A program made the translations under genes and the position numbers. 64,000 nt of DNA from Mytilus edulis. Its lineage: Eukaryota. Position 1 is the first letter of the stretch, and every line of letters starts with the position of its first letter. Below the pieces are notes generated by a model. That model was given only the letters and a program-made list of their open reading frames with translations. It did not search any database and had not been told where the DNA came from. This document shows positions 53,206-64,000 of this stretch, in pieces. Location of the stretch: contig NC_092351.1 of assembly GCF_963676685.1 (NCBI RefSeq), forward strand, positions 80,786,001 through 80,850,000. Reading direction: 5' to 3'.

Positions 53206-53625
53206 CTGGCCTTGAAATCATGAAACTTTCGAGTCTGTTTTTTGTACTCATACTCCAAAAGCAACCAATCAAAATGCCGGATTTCATGTTTCAAGCATGA
53301 ATTTTGTGCTCCGAGCACTGAGCAAAGTTTTATGACTTCAACCCCTGGCCTGACGGTCATAAAACTTTGGAGCATGATTTTTGTACTCAGACTCGGAAAT
53401 CAACCAATCAAATTGCTGGATTTCATGTTTCGAGCATGATTTTTGTGCTCAGAGCACTGAGCAAAGTTTTATGCCTTCAAGGCCTGGCCTTACGGTCATA
53501 AAACTTTCGAGCATGATTTTTGTACGCAGACTCGAAAATCAACCAATCAAATTGCTGGATTTCATGTTTCGAGCATGATTTTTGTGCTCCGAGCACTGAG
53601 CAAAGTTTTATGCCTTCAAGGCTTG
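53206..53625. mobile_element. Three tandem ~136-bp MITEs separated by CTG (Harbinger-group CWG target)
   Basis: Each unit approximates GCCTTGAAGTCATAAAACTTT...AAAGTTTTATGCCTTCAAGGC; period ~139 bp. Confidence 0.7.
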
Positions 53626-54854
53626 ATCTCTTTATTATTACATTAATGAGAAACACTTGATATTGATTCACGCAAATAAATGAATTAATTTTTATATTTT
53701 TAGACAGCCAAATGTTACATTTCAATACCTTGCTATGCTATACACAAAGAATTGAAAATTCTTGAGCCATACAATCGCTTAAATTTGTATAATTTTTCTA
53801 CTGTAAAGATTATTTAAAGTTTTTTTTCAACATAAAAAGACAGACACAAGAAGAAAAAAATAGCAATTTAATTAAAAAAGAGACATTCAGCCCAGTATTC
53901 TGGCACTATAAATGTGTCGAAATCAGAATAACACTGAATCCTTGGCAAGCTTGACTTTAAAATAATCAAGGTTATTAACTATAGGTATAGTATGTCAAAT
54001 TCAAAAATACCACAGAGATATAAAATGCTAAATAATCCTTCTGGTATTTTGCAATTCAACTGATATCTCTTTTACACTACTGACACTAAGTACTTCTTCA
54101 ACTTATGATCTTTATTTAATAATTGAATGCTTTTTTGTATGTTCATTGGGGTGTACAAGCGTTGACCGAAGTACATTTCCGCTTCATTCTAAAAATGTGC
54201 GCACGATCAACGCTTTAACAACTCAACGAAGTCACAAAAAGAAACAATACTTATAATTACATTTTTTACCTAGGATAATGAAAACATGATTTTTATCAAG
54301 TTGTTATTTAATTTACCTGTGCACTTAATTGTGGGACCTCGTGTCATCTTGAATGATAAGTTTTATTTTGTAAATTATTAACACCACTGGGTCGATGCCA
54401 CTGCTGGTGAACATTTCGTCCCCGAGGGTATCACCAGCCCAGTCGTCATCATTTCGATGTTGACATGTATATCAATAATGTGGTCCTTTCTTTCAAATTT
54501 CCTGTTTACAAAACTTTGAATTTTTCGAAAAACTAAAGATCTTCTTATCCAATGCATAGATTACCTTAGCTGTATTTGGCACAACTTTTTTTGAAATTTT
54601 GGACCCTCAATTCTCTTCAACTTTGAATTTGTTTGCCTTTATAAATATTTTGATATGAGCGTCACTGATGAGTCTTATGTAGATGGAACTCGTGTCTGGC
54701 GTACTAAATTATAACCCTGGTACCTTTGATAATTATTTACATCACCAGGTCGATGCCACTGCTGATGGACGTTTCGACCCCGAGGGTATCACCAGCCCAG
54801 TAGTCATCATTTCGATGTTGACATGAATATCAATGATATGGTCATTTTTACAAA

Positions 54855-55420
54855 GGAGTAGGTCCGGTAAGGACCGATTTTGGCCTCAAATTTCAGGTTC
54901 ATCTGTCGAAAGATTTTGACCACTTTTTAAACACTTAAGTGTCTATTTCATTTGAATCAATTAGTTTATGTGAAAGATTTTAACTGATTTAGTCATTAAA
55001 AATGATCTGATTCAAGCTTAAATATGAAAAATCTTCCAAATATGCCGAAAAATGTCACTTTTCAGATGGTTTTTGTCAAAAATGAAAGTGGCCGCATCCG
55101 TGTTCATCCTCAACCTTTATATATGTTATGTATTATCATAAAATACAACTTACATTTCAATATTATGGATGAACACGAATGCGGCTACTTTCGTTTTACA
55201 CGAAAACCGTCTTAGATTTAACTAAAATGCTAGAATTGTGAAGATTTCAGTAATTTAGCATGACTTTATGGTGCTAGTACTCGAAAAATGTGCATTGTTA
55301 TGTAAAAAACAGCCCATATTTATGTAGCTTAAGTATGCTACTGTCCAATAAATAACTAAAAGTTTACATTTTAACAACTTTGTAAAACTTCTATATTTTG
55401 GGGCCAAAAAGGGGTCTTAC
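54855..55420. mobile_element. Kolobok-like MITE with the right TIR partly deleted, nested in the retrozyme
   Basis: GGAGTAGGTCCGGTAAGGACCGATTTTGGCC ... GGCCAAAAAGGGGTCTTAC. Confidence 0.6.
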
Positions 55421-55568
55421 AAAACTTTTAATATTTCGAAAAACTAAGGATCTTCTTATCCCAGGCATAGAATACCTTACCTGTATTTGGCACAACATTT
55501 TGGAAATTTTGGACACTTAATGCTCTTCAACTTTGAATTTGTTTGGCTTTATAAATATTTTGATATGA

Positions 55569-55612
55569 GCGTCACTGATGAGTCTAATGTAGACGAAACG
55601 CGCGTCTGGCGT
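55569..55612 (+). ncRNA. Type I hammerhead ribozyme
   Basis: GCGUCA CUGAUGA GUCU-aaugu-AGAC GAAA CGCGCG UC^UGGCGU. Confidence 0.9.
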
Positions 55613-56071
55613 ACTAAATTGTAACCCTGGTACCTTTGATAACTATTTATGTATAATATATAACAATAATAATGGAAATTGGGAATGTGTGAAAGAGACA
55701 ACAACCCGACCAAGGAGCAGACAAAAAAGCTGTTTCGATTCCTTTATAAATTATGTTTTCGTCCTGAAAGAATTGTATAGGTTATTATATATCTTCATCT
55801 TTTTGCCACGGATTCCTTTTTTATGAAAGCCGACCAAACTATATTTTAATTGATTATCATCTAATTACTGAGGCGAGGCTATTACAAATTGTTAATCACA
55901 AATACTGAATACTGTCTTTATATGCATTTATAGTCGAATTAATACAACGTTATTGTTGTGTTTGATTGTTATTACAATCCGACCTTCATAACGAAACTAA
56001 TAACTAATCGTTTGACTATTGAAATATTATTATACAAACATTTGGCATAAAGGGAGATAATATTAATACTT

Positions 56072-56930
56072 TTGACCTTAAGAATGATAACTACAAAACG
56101 TTTGGCCTTAAAAATGATAACTACAAAAGGTTTGGCCTTAAGAATGATAACTACAAAACGTTTAGCCTTAAGAATGATAACTAGAAAAGGTTTGGTCTTA
56201 ATAATGATAACTACAAAACGTTTAGCCTTAAGAATGATAACTACAAAACGTTTGGCCTTAAAAATGATAACCACAAAACGTTTGGTCTTAGGAATGATAA
56301 CTACAAAACGTTTGGCCATAAGAATGATAACTACAAAATGTTTGGCCATCAGAATGCTAACTACCAAACGTTTGGCCTTACGTATAATATAAGGCAGGCA
56401 TTACCTGTAAATGGGGACGAAGTCTGTATGAATTATTTTTTTGTAACTGAAATATTTGTTTAAAAAAAAGAAACGGAAATACCGTAACGTTTCCGATTTT
56501 GGTTCTGTTGTTAGTGATTTAGTTGTGACGTTATTTAAATTATGACGTCATATGCAATGTAAACAAAGAAACGCTATCATCAGGTAACGTTTTTTCATAT
56601 CAAGGAATTATTAAAAATAAAATTGGTATTGCGCGTTCTTTCCTATTTTATACTAGACTGATAAATATATATTTTACTCAAAGTTTCATACAAACGAGAC
56701 CGGAAAAAGGAAGAACATTGTACATATCTGCGCAGGTCCGGGATTTCAAAACACGACAAAAAAAAATTTGAACGATTTTGAGTTCATTAGTACAATGAAA
56801 AATTCGGGAAATTTTCCCGTATTTATTTTTTTTATTGAATTTTCTACTGTTATTGGGGACTCCGTCCCCATAATAACTACGAAATGTTGAGCCTTAAGAA
56901 TGAGAACTACAAAACGTTTGACCTTAATAT
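56072..56930. repeat. 30-bp minisatellite (~11 copies at 56072-56390, ~2 more after the insertion)
   Basis: Unit TTGGCCTTAAGAATGATAACTACAAAACGT. Confidence 0.9.
56411..56871. mobile_element. MITE-like insertion in the minisatellite
   Basis: Termini ATGGGGACGAAGTC / GACTCCGTCCCCAT; the minisatellite resumes at 56872. Confidence 0.55.
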
Positions 56931-57439
56931 AACAATAAATCAACGTTTGACCTAACCAAAGATAACGAACGAACGGTTTAATTTATTAATATGATAACTG
57001 AACATTAAGCCTGAAAAAAAGTTTGGATTTACGAAAGCTTTGATTGAACGCTTAATTAAAGACAAATTGATAACTAAACGTTTGACTTTGGAATAAACTA
57101 AAAAGTAAACTCACATAAATACTGAACTTCGACATGTTCGAGGAAAATTTTAAAAAGGAGAGCCCTAATTGAATGGCAAAATCAAAAGCTCAAATACATT
57201 GAACGAATGGATAATAGCTACCACATTCTTGACAAACAGACTATTCATATTACCGTCAACAAAAAGATAATTTCATGAATAATTTGTTACTTCCAAGAAC
57301 GTGATATATTGTTTTATTATTACTTAATTTCATTTGAGGTGACTTATAGGTCCATAGGGCCGGGTGTATTAGAATTTATCATATATTGTATATTTATACT
57401 CAGATCATATTTATACTTGTCACTATAATAAATAATTTA

Positions 57440-57790
57440 CTCACTTACTTATTACCGACTTTTGACTACGAATGATATAACTCTTCAACTGGGCACCTAT
57501 TCTGTGGTTGTACATTTTGGTACTCGGTCAAGTGAGAGCAGCCAAACTAAGTAAAATCAATCATATAATTGCTGTAATTTGAGCGAAAGATTATTGTTTT
57601 CTAAAGATTTTGTCGGTAACATAAAATGTTGAGCAGTTAATTTTTCCTCAAAGTTTTACCGATTATAAGCTTGGTTTTACATCTCAAGCTTGCATTTACC
57701 TGACTTGGTTCCAGGATGTCCAACCACAGATATAGTAACAAGTCGGAAAATTATCTAATCCGGAGTCAAAAGTTGGTAATTTCATTTGAG
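57440..57790. mobile_element. Decayed MITE with ~90-bp imperfect TIRs
   Basis: ATTACCGACTTTTGACT...AGTCAAAAGTTGGTAAT; related fragment at ~30690-30870. Confidence 0.5.
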
Positions 57791-58849
57791 CCAAAATAAA
57801 ACTTATGCGCAAAAAACTTAAACATCATTTACCCCGATACCACAAGTTGATAAAAGTAGATAGTATAAAAATAGTAATCTTCAGAGGTCAACATTAATAA
57901 TAACTTTAAAACACAGTTTTTGTTGTCTCATAAAACATATTCCCCTGAAATCAGTCATATTTACAATAAGGAAAGCACCATACTATGACAGGTTGTTAAT
58001 AAGAGATTGTTCATAATAATGTTGGAACTCAGTACTGTTATAAAGTACCCGAAAAAAAGCGCTATACACTTGAGTAAAACCAAAAATTATTTCTGTCTTT
58101 TGGATAACCGATTTGTGTTGTCATAAAAATGTATTTCTTCTATATAAAACAGGATAATTTATGTGGTATAAAAGCTAATGAGACCAAAGTTCAAATGAAG
58201 TGGATTAGAGCAATAATAGGCAACCGTACGGTCTCAAAATAATAAAAGAAATACCCTATAGAAGGCTAGACACTGGCCCGAAATATAAAATTGTACAATC
58301 TAATTAAAACACAAACACACGTCCCCCATTATTTGTGTCAAATTTACTGTGAATAAAAACAAAATCAAGCACATTTCAACAACAATAATGAACACCAAAA
58401 GTAAGAAAATGAATAATAATAAAAAAAAATATGATAAAATAATTTGATAAAGAAAGAAAGCTGATCGAACACGAAAAAACATGTCACGAGCTCTGCCCTA
58501 AAGTGTCAGTACTAAGGAATAATTGTCTAGAACAGATTAAGGCAGAACTGTGTAAACCATCAACAAATATATAAGACTATAATTTGGTCAGATGCGCATT
58601 TCATCTGCAAAGACTGATCAATAAGACTTGTGTCAAAATAACTTATAATTGTTCTTACACTTTAAAAACAGTTCTACAACCGATCTCTTGACAACTTCTG
58701 TCAGATTTTAGAAAGTTTAAAGCTGATCCATGGTATGCCAATGATCTATAAGTAGACATTTTTAAAGAAGTGTAAGAAAAAAACAAGAATGATGAATGCA
58801 TTGAAATTTAGCCTCTCATGAACGAATTTGCGTTATCAATTTTACTGAA

Positions 58850-61800
58850 TTATATGGTCATTCTCCTTGAACAGCATCTAGCGTATTTGTTTGCAAGTTG
58901 ATTTTTTTCAGTGTAACTCGTATTTTGGACGATCATACTCCTATTTGTTTTTTTCCGTACATCAATCGAAAACTTAAGTCTGTCATATGTTTCCGATCTT
59001 ACAATTCCATCATAAGCAGGTTCATCATAAACATGTCCGTCATTTTCTTTTTCAGCAACTGTATCCGTTATTGTAAACACTTCATGTTCCAACATTATGT
59101 TTATTGGATAATGCTGCGCAATATTCTCTGGCCAAAGATAACCATCCGAATAATAATGCTCTGCTGCAGGTTTCAAGCTATTTAATGTGTTTTCACTAAG
59201 ACTGTATCGATGACGTCGTTTACTTGATTGTCGAGACGGTTGGAAATGAGAACAAAGCCGTGTCGTGGAGCGGCTATTTTGATTAACATTGATGTTTATT
59301 GTGTTACAAGAACTATTTGTTACTTCTAAGTAAGAGTTGTGTAATTGTGTCTCGATGGTCAATGGTGTCAACGTTTCTCCTGATTCGTGTATTTCGTCAT
59401 ATATACTTTCACTTATCTCTTCAGTTCGTTGTTGTCTGACAATGTCTGCTTTTACTTCAATTTCTTTGAGTGGAGTTACAAATATCATCCTTTGTCTTTT
59501 TAGACACATAAACCTGTACATCAATCCAAGACATACAAGACATACCAGAAGACCAAAGCATACAAGGATGATTTCTCGTAACGTTATTGCTGAAAATGAA
59601 TATAAATATCGAAATAAAATTTCTTGTTAATAAACAGTCACTTTTTAAAGTTCACCCAGATTTTCATAAATGAGGTCACACAAATTAGAAAGAAACCCTT
59701 AATGGTATTGTGTTAAATTTTTTTAGCATTGTGGTCATCGTTTTGTAGTATCAGGGTTTCAATATATTTCAATAAATGCTTGTTTCCAATCAACTATTTT
59801 AGAACTCATAGTAATTTAGATTATAATTATAAAATAATTGTTGATGAATTCCTTGGAGTTTAAGGGAAACATCATTGTCTAGATAGGGTGTCTTTTATTT
59901 CTGTTTTCCTAATATGCTTAGATTTTTTTCTCTATTTTTTTTAAAACAAGTGTCCATTAATTTTGTTTAATTGTAGCTTCCCATTATTGTATGTTATTTA
60001 TTTCTTTGGACTTTTTTTCATTATTTTTGTCCATTGTCCCGTTACTGTATACCCCGTCTTAGGGAAACAATACAAATCACGGGGCAAACAGACTTTTTTT
60101 AATAACCAGCAGTAAGCATATCGTGTTAGCAAGAAAAGGTATCTTTTGTCCCTCTTTTATTGCTGTAGCAATCATTACCATTGCAAAACATTAACAAAAT
60201 ATAATAAACTTTTATTGGAATTTTACATAAACCAAATTGTTTCATACCAATGCCATGTTATATTCAAATATTGTGAACTGATACAAGCGTTTCTTTTTAC
60301 CTGATATTTCCCTCTTATTTCTGTTCAGTGGAAGTTGTAGGAATCATTGTAGTTTTGTTTTGTTTGATGAAAATTCTACTTTATATCTATATACAATACA
60401 GATTAATTATGCATGTATTGCTATAACATTCAAAACAATAACTACTTGAAAAACTGACATGCCAGCAAAGGTCCCGGTTGGACAATTTTATGTGAGGAAA
60501 AGTAACAAATACATATAAAGCAAATGTTCGTCAGTTTTCAATTTTCAATAAATTGGACACGACACATTAATTCACGATATTTTGCTGATAAATATATGTT
60601 TTGTTAAATTTCAATCACGCATTTCGTCTATACTATACATTACATTTGATTTAAATGAAATGATTCCGGTATTCGTTCTGTTTTATCACTACCAAAAAGA
60701 GCATTGTACGAACATTACACGCTAACTTTTATTTTTATAGCATTTTGGGCCAGTCATGCTTTATTTATAAATATATAGTACAAAAGGACAAACTCACAAA
60801 TAAAAATGGCATCTGCTTCTTGTATTTTATCATATGCGGTGCTTCTCTCATTATCTATAAAAAAAAACCTGGTAAATACCTTATCATACATAGATTTCAG
60901 GAGACTCGTTCCTGTAATCATCTCGCTCCCTCAAAGGGGTGCATGCGAGAACAAAAAATAAAAGTGAAAATTGAAGTAACATAAGATATTGCAGAACTAC
61001 CATAAAGACAAGAGTCTTAAAGGAAAACAACATAGATGTGTGTATGGATTGTTAGATTTTTACTGTTTGTTTCAATAGAACAGCTAGTATGGTAGGCAAT
61101 TACCTTAACTTCGGATCCTACATCACAAAACGCATTTTGTTTGTTTTTGCATTTCAATTGTTTCATATTTTTTATGTCTTATAACCGACTATACAGAATG
61201 TTTTTTTTCTCCTTGTTGAACATGTTGAAGGCTGTATGGTTGCTTATAATTAGTAACATTTCCTTTAGTTTTAAACTTTGGTGAATGTTTGATTCATTGG
61301 CAATTATACCTCATATTTTCATGTTATATTTTCAGCATCACTTAACCAATTATCAAATTAATAGATAAAACCATTTAGATAAATTAATGTAAATACGTCT
61401 TTAAAACAAGCCAAGAGCCCGCATGGGACCTGAACATTAGATGTATACTTATTTAACATACACCCGTACATGTCGTGTCTAAAAATTATGAAAAAAATGC
61501 ATGAAATCATTCAGGATCTTTTCTGCTGTTCATCCAAAAATGTTGTGATTTAGATTTGTAAAAAATCGCTATTTATGTCCTAAGAAGTCAAATAACCGTG
61601 CCAGATCTTGTCTATTTTATTTTCTTTGTTGATATTTTTTTTCCGTTTACAGTTTCTCAGAAGTTAATATACAAATACAGATCACTTTAACTATGTAAAA
61701 AACCGATACTGTATAGTAAGCGTTGAAAGGCATCGAAATGACTGATATAAAACAGATGAAAAGAAACAAATGATTTACGTATTAATCAAAAGAATAGGAA

Positions 61801-62353
61801 AACAAACATGCCATTCAGCAACAAACCCCAATCACAGAATTTCAGTATTATTAATACTGCTTTGGGACAGGCATACACAAAAAAAGGCATGGTGAAACAT
61901 GTTTGCTGATCAGACAGAGATCTATACAAAATGCATTTTAGACTATAACTACACGAAGAGTGATAACAATTCAATGAAACATTTTCTTCTTTTTAATCTT
62001 AATTGGACGATGTCATTTGTAAACATAGCTCTATGGTGGGTTGTTTTCAACAGATAAAAGCATAAATCGCTTCAATAGCAATTATTTGTGATATACGGTA
62101 AAAAGAAGCGGAATAATGTGTTTACTTTTAATTCAGATGACTAACATATTTGTACAATTTCATTCCGTGTTTGTGACTGTTTTATGTGTAGTGTATTAGA
62201 AACTGACAGGCATGCAGTATGCACCAAGTCGTAATTTTTAAAATCGTATTTCTACTATTGATATTATTTGAATGCATGCTCTTTTCAACAAACTTACAAT
62301 GAGTACTTTCTTCCACGGCATTTACAGGAATGCATCCCTTCACATTATCACAT
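58850..62353 (-). CDS. 3' part of a single-pass EGF-like (MEGF/SREC-like) receptor with a Tyr-motif tail. Exons 62353-62298 and 59589-58850.
   Basis: Exon CDNVKGCIPVNAVEESTH ends in phase 1 and fits acceptor ttttcag at 59590. TM segment IILVCFGLLVCLVCLGLMY, then a tail with SIYDEI, NSYLEV, VYDEP and TYDRL. Confidence 0.65.
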
Positions 62354-64000
62354 CTGTGTATTAAATATAATAATGTGACAAATTTTCCTCACATGTACAT
62401 GTACTTAAAATATTTTGTTTAAAAGCAATATAATCTAGAGACACGTTATTTATCAAATGAGTGTTCTTTAAACTGTAATTTTAGACATCAACCAACAAAA
62501 TCACAATAAACTAAAATTTCATTTTAACAGACAGATTTAGCCTTATAAACTATAAGCAGGTGTCAATAGAATTATGTATGCTCTGTGTTTGTTTAAGTCT
62601 TGAAAACCTATGGAGACCACCATTGATCGGTGTTCCAAAGTGAGAGGTTTGGCGCTTTTTAACCAGGTTTAATCCACCATTTTCTACATTTGAAAATGCC
62701 TGTACGAAGTCTGGAATATGACAGTTCTTGTCCATTCGTTTTTGATGTGTTTTGTCATTTGATTTTGCCATGTGATTATGGACTTTCCGATTAGATTTTC
62801 CTCTGAGTTCAGTATTTTTGTGATTTTACTTTTTTCCAACAGTCCATATCACTAGTTAATTCGTTCTCGAATTACGTATAATGGTTTGTTACGTAACAAA
62901 CGTTAACACGGCCTATCAATGTGCAAACAATCCGATAATTATTACATATCGGAGTTCACACTTTTTGTATCACTCTGTTCAGATCTTCATGAAATTGCAT
63001 ACCATAGCTCTGACCCGTGGAAATACTATCGACGTCATTATAAATGAGCCGAAGCTGAAATGTCTGATTACAATGAAATATGCACAGCTGTTTGTTTATC
63101 CCATTAACTTTTCCAATATTTACAATAGTCATCCTAACTGTTATCGGATTGAAAACATTTGAATAGCATATCAAACTTGCAAACATGCATATGTATATGG
63201 TATCATTCATTTTAAAAGGGTCTTTCACTCCGATATGTTTATGTTGTATCATATTTTGATCAAACACTTTTAGAAATTCTTTTCAAACGTGTATTTCCTG
63301 CTTATTCATGATGTTTGAATGACACACGTACATGCACCTAATAAGTTGTTTAATTCATCAAGTTAAACTTCAAGAAATGTTACAATTTCCTTAGAAAAAA
63401 GGGAGGAACTGGATTAATTTTATTTGTTGTTCAATATCCGTTTGAGTTTTATGATTAGTGTATTTACCATTTTAAATTATTGATTTTTTTTATCAACCTT
63501 CAGAAAATAATCATCCTGTGCCCAAATCTTAATTTGTTTGATATTTTTATTTATTTGGCAATCAGCCATTGTAATATACAAATGGAGTTGTATCGAAAAA
63601 ATAAAACAATATACATGTTATAAAGAATTTGTCTAAATTCTCTTTTTTTTTTTTTTATCTTGCCTCCCTTTGGTCGCCCTAGGCCTGTTTTTAAAGCTCG
63701 TTAAGACAGTAAAATATCACATTTTTCAATAATGTTTGAATATTTAATAGTCTCTTAATTTGTGGTTAAAATTATAGAGAAACGCATATACTTCTCTGTT
63801 TTACGGATATTTCTAATTTAAATATATATCAAGCCTAACCTACAAAGAATATATTTGCATTGATTTCCGATCTGATTTTTGATTATTTATCATACATATA
63901 AATCTAATAGTTATCCTTAGACCTTTCCATACTGTTACATCTGCATATATTTGCACATTTTCTACCATATCGTGTGTCATCACATGATGTACAGTTATCT

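Larger units (their letters stand above)
54380..55649 (+). mobile_element. Retrozyme dimer interrupted by a MITE
   Basis: Reverse complement of the 355-bp unit. Degenerate hammerhead at ~54659-54702, intact one at 55569-55612. Confidence 0.8.

Noticed and set aside
56072-56390. CRISPR-like array
   Set aside because: No unique spacers, eukaryotic context, plain minisatellite

Overview
AT-rich, intron-containing, repeat-dense animal DNA. The repeat families (355-nt hammerhead retrozyme, Penelope-like RTs, Helentron-like and Kolobok MITEs) point to a bivalve, probably Mytilus (inference). (1) 643-13026 is a composite-type DNA transposon matching KolobokP: two ~459-bp long terminal direct repeats (LTDRs) each with short TIRs, a spliced DDE transposase and a convergent His-Me finger nuclease. 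Its ~3.6-kb internal region is tandemly amplified with no LTDR between units. (2) Several type I hammerhead retrozyme insertions share non-random end points. (3) An 818-bp 4-copy tandem duplication carries a TTAA MITE in one copy. (4) A 5-exon secreted gene joins a defensin-like Cys module to a C-type lectin domain. (5) Nested Penelope-like RT remnants. (6) A decayed ISL2EU-type element (THAP-DDE plus SWIM-YqaJ) is followed by a second left end. (7) The 3' part of a minus-strand EGF-like single-pass receptor gene with a Tyr-motif tail. Most short ORFs in the track are noise from repeats. All calls were made by eye, with no database searches.
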